Below, in pieces: positions 36,011 through 36,654 of a DNA stretch of 36,654 nucleotides. Positions within the stretch are counted from its first letter, which is position 1, and each line of letters starts with the position of its first letter. The notes below the pieces were generated by a model. The model did no database searches, was not told where the DNA came from, and saw only the letters and a list, made by a program, of their open reading frames with translations. The translations under genes and the position numbers were made by a program. Location: IMG/VR virus record IMGVR_UViG_2609459834_000011, positions 1 to 36,654 of that record, one strand, 5' to 3'. This DNA is from a virus. Taxonomy: Duplodnaviria; Heunggongvirae; Uroviricota; Caudoviricetes.

Positions 36011-36654
36011 GCAAATACACCGAACTAATCACGAACTACCACGCCACCAAACCTAAATTTCTTGCGCATGTTGATCTGATGACCCGGCCGCTTATTGATG
36101 TTGCGGCTGCCACCAGAGGGCTGATTACTGCATTTGATATTGACTCTGCGGTTGGTGTGCAACTTGACATTCTGGGATTGTGGATCGGGCGTAGCCGTGT
36201 TGTCAGCCAGCCTATATCAGGTGTCTATTTCAGCTGGGATACCGACGGGCTTGGATATGATCAGGGGGTATGGCAGGGGCCGTATGACCCGGATTCGGGC
36301 TATACGTCACTGAGCGATGACACCTACCGCATCATTCTGAAAGCGAAAATCGCTATCAACAACTGGGACGGTCGGAACGACTCTCTGCCTCCCATCCTTG
36401 ACGCTGCGACTGCAGGCTCAGGCCTGAGGATGCAAATTGTCGACAACCAGGACATGACGATATCGGTTTGGGTATTCCCCGAGACTGATATTTCTGATGT
36501 GTCTCTTGAACTGATTGCCGCTATCAAACAGGGCTATCTCACCGTTAAAGCAGCTGGCGTATGGGCCGGTGATGTTGAAACGCCTTCGGTAGAAGCACCA
36601 TCCGAGGGCTCTAAATTCTTTGGGTTTGATATGGATAACGAATACATCGGCGGG
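36007..36654 (+). CDS. Tail protein I-like baseplate protein (3' partial, runs off the window)
   Basis: ATG at 36007 overlaps the J-like stop (ATGA); hand translation MSKYTELITNYHATKPKFLAHVDLMTRPLIDVAAATRG... stays open for 216 codons to the window end. Confidence 0.5.
   Translation, partial: MSKYTELITNYHATKPKFLAHVDLMTRPLIDVAAATRGLITAFDIDSAVGVQLDILGLWIGRSRVVSQPISGVYFSWDTDGLGYDQGVWQGPYDPDSGYTSLSDDTYRIILKAKIAINNWDGRNDSLPPILDAATAGSGLRMQIVDNQDMTISVWVFPETDISDVSLELIAAIKQGYLTVKAAGVWAGDVETPSVEAPSEGSKFFGFDMDNEYIGG

Overview
The window is one nearly complete lambdoid-organised prophage of enterobacterial type, read from its integrase (window position 1) into the baseplate genes (the last gene runs off the window end; no att site is visible). 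Gene order is: P4-type integrase and excisionase; a leftward early operon with RecT and a YqaJ-like exonuclease; the immunity region (cI, Cro, cII) with AATAC-N5-GTATT operators; replication genes (O-like initiator with internal iterons, DnaC-like loader); a translationally coupled nin-like operon (phosphatase, YbcO-like, RusA-like, Q-like); a tRNA-like gene between two terminators; a lambda-like lysis cassette (S, R, Rz/Rz1); terminase, portal and head genes; then a contractile-tail and baseplate module (sheath, tube, frameshifted chaperone, tape measure, spike, J-like). The strongest candidate for an undescribed system is an AT-rich, translationally coupled two-gene cassette directly downstream of cI (5374-6875, minus strand), in the position lambda uses for rexAB; its first protein carries a nucleotidyltransferase-like motif and the second has no motif I recognise. 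Two further accessory islands are a small ORF plus HExxH protein between lysis and terminase, bracketed by paired hairpin repeats, and a convergent secreted-protein/membrane-protein insertion inside the baseplate genes. All calls rest on reading the sequence and ORF translations by eye; no searches were run, and coordinates of features not on the ORF track may be off by 1-2 bp.
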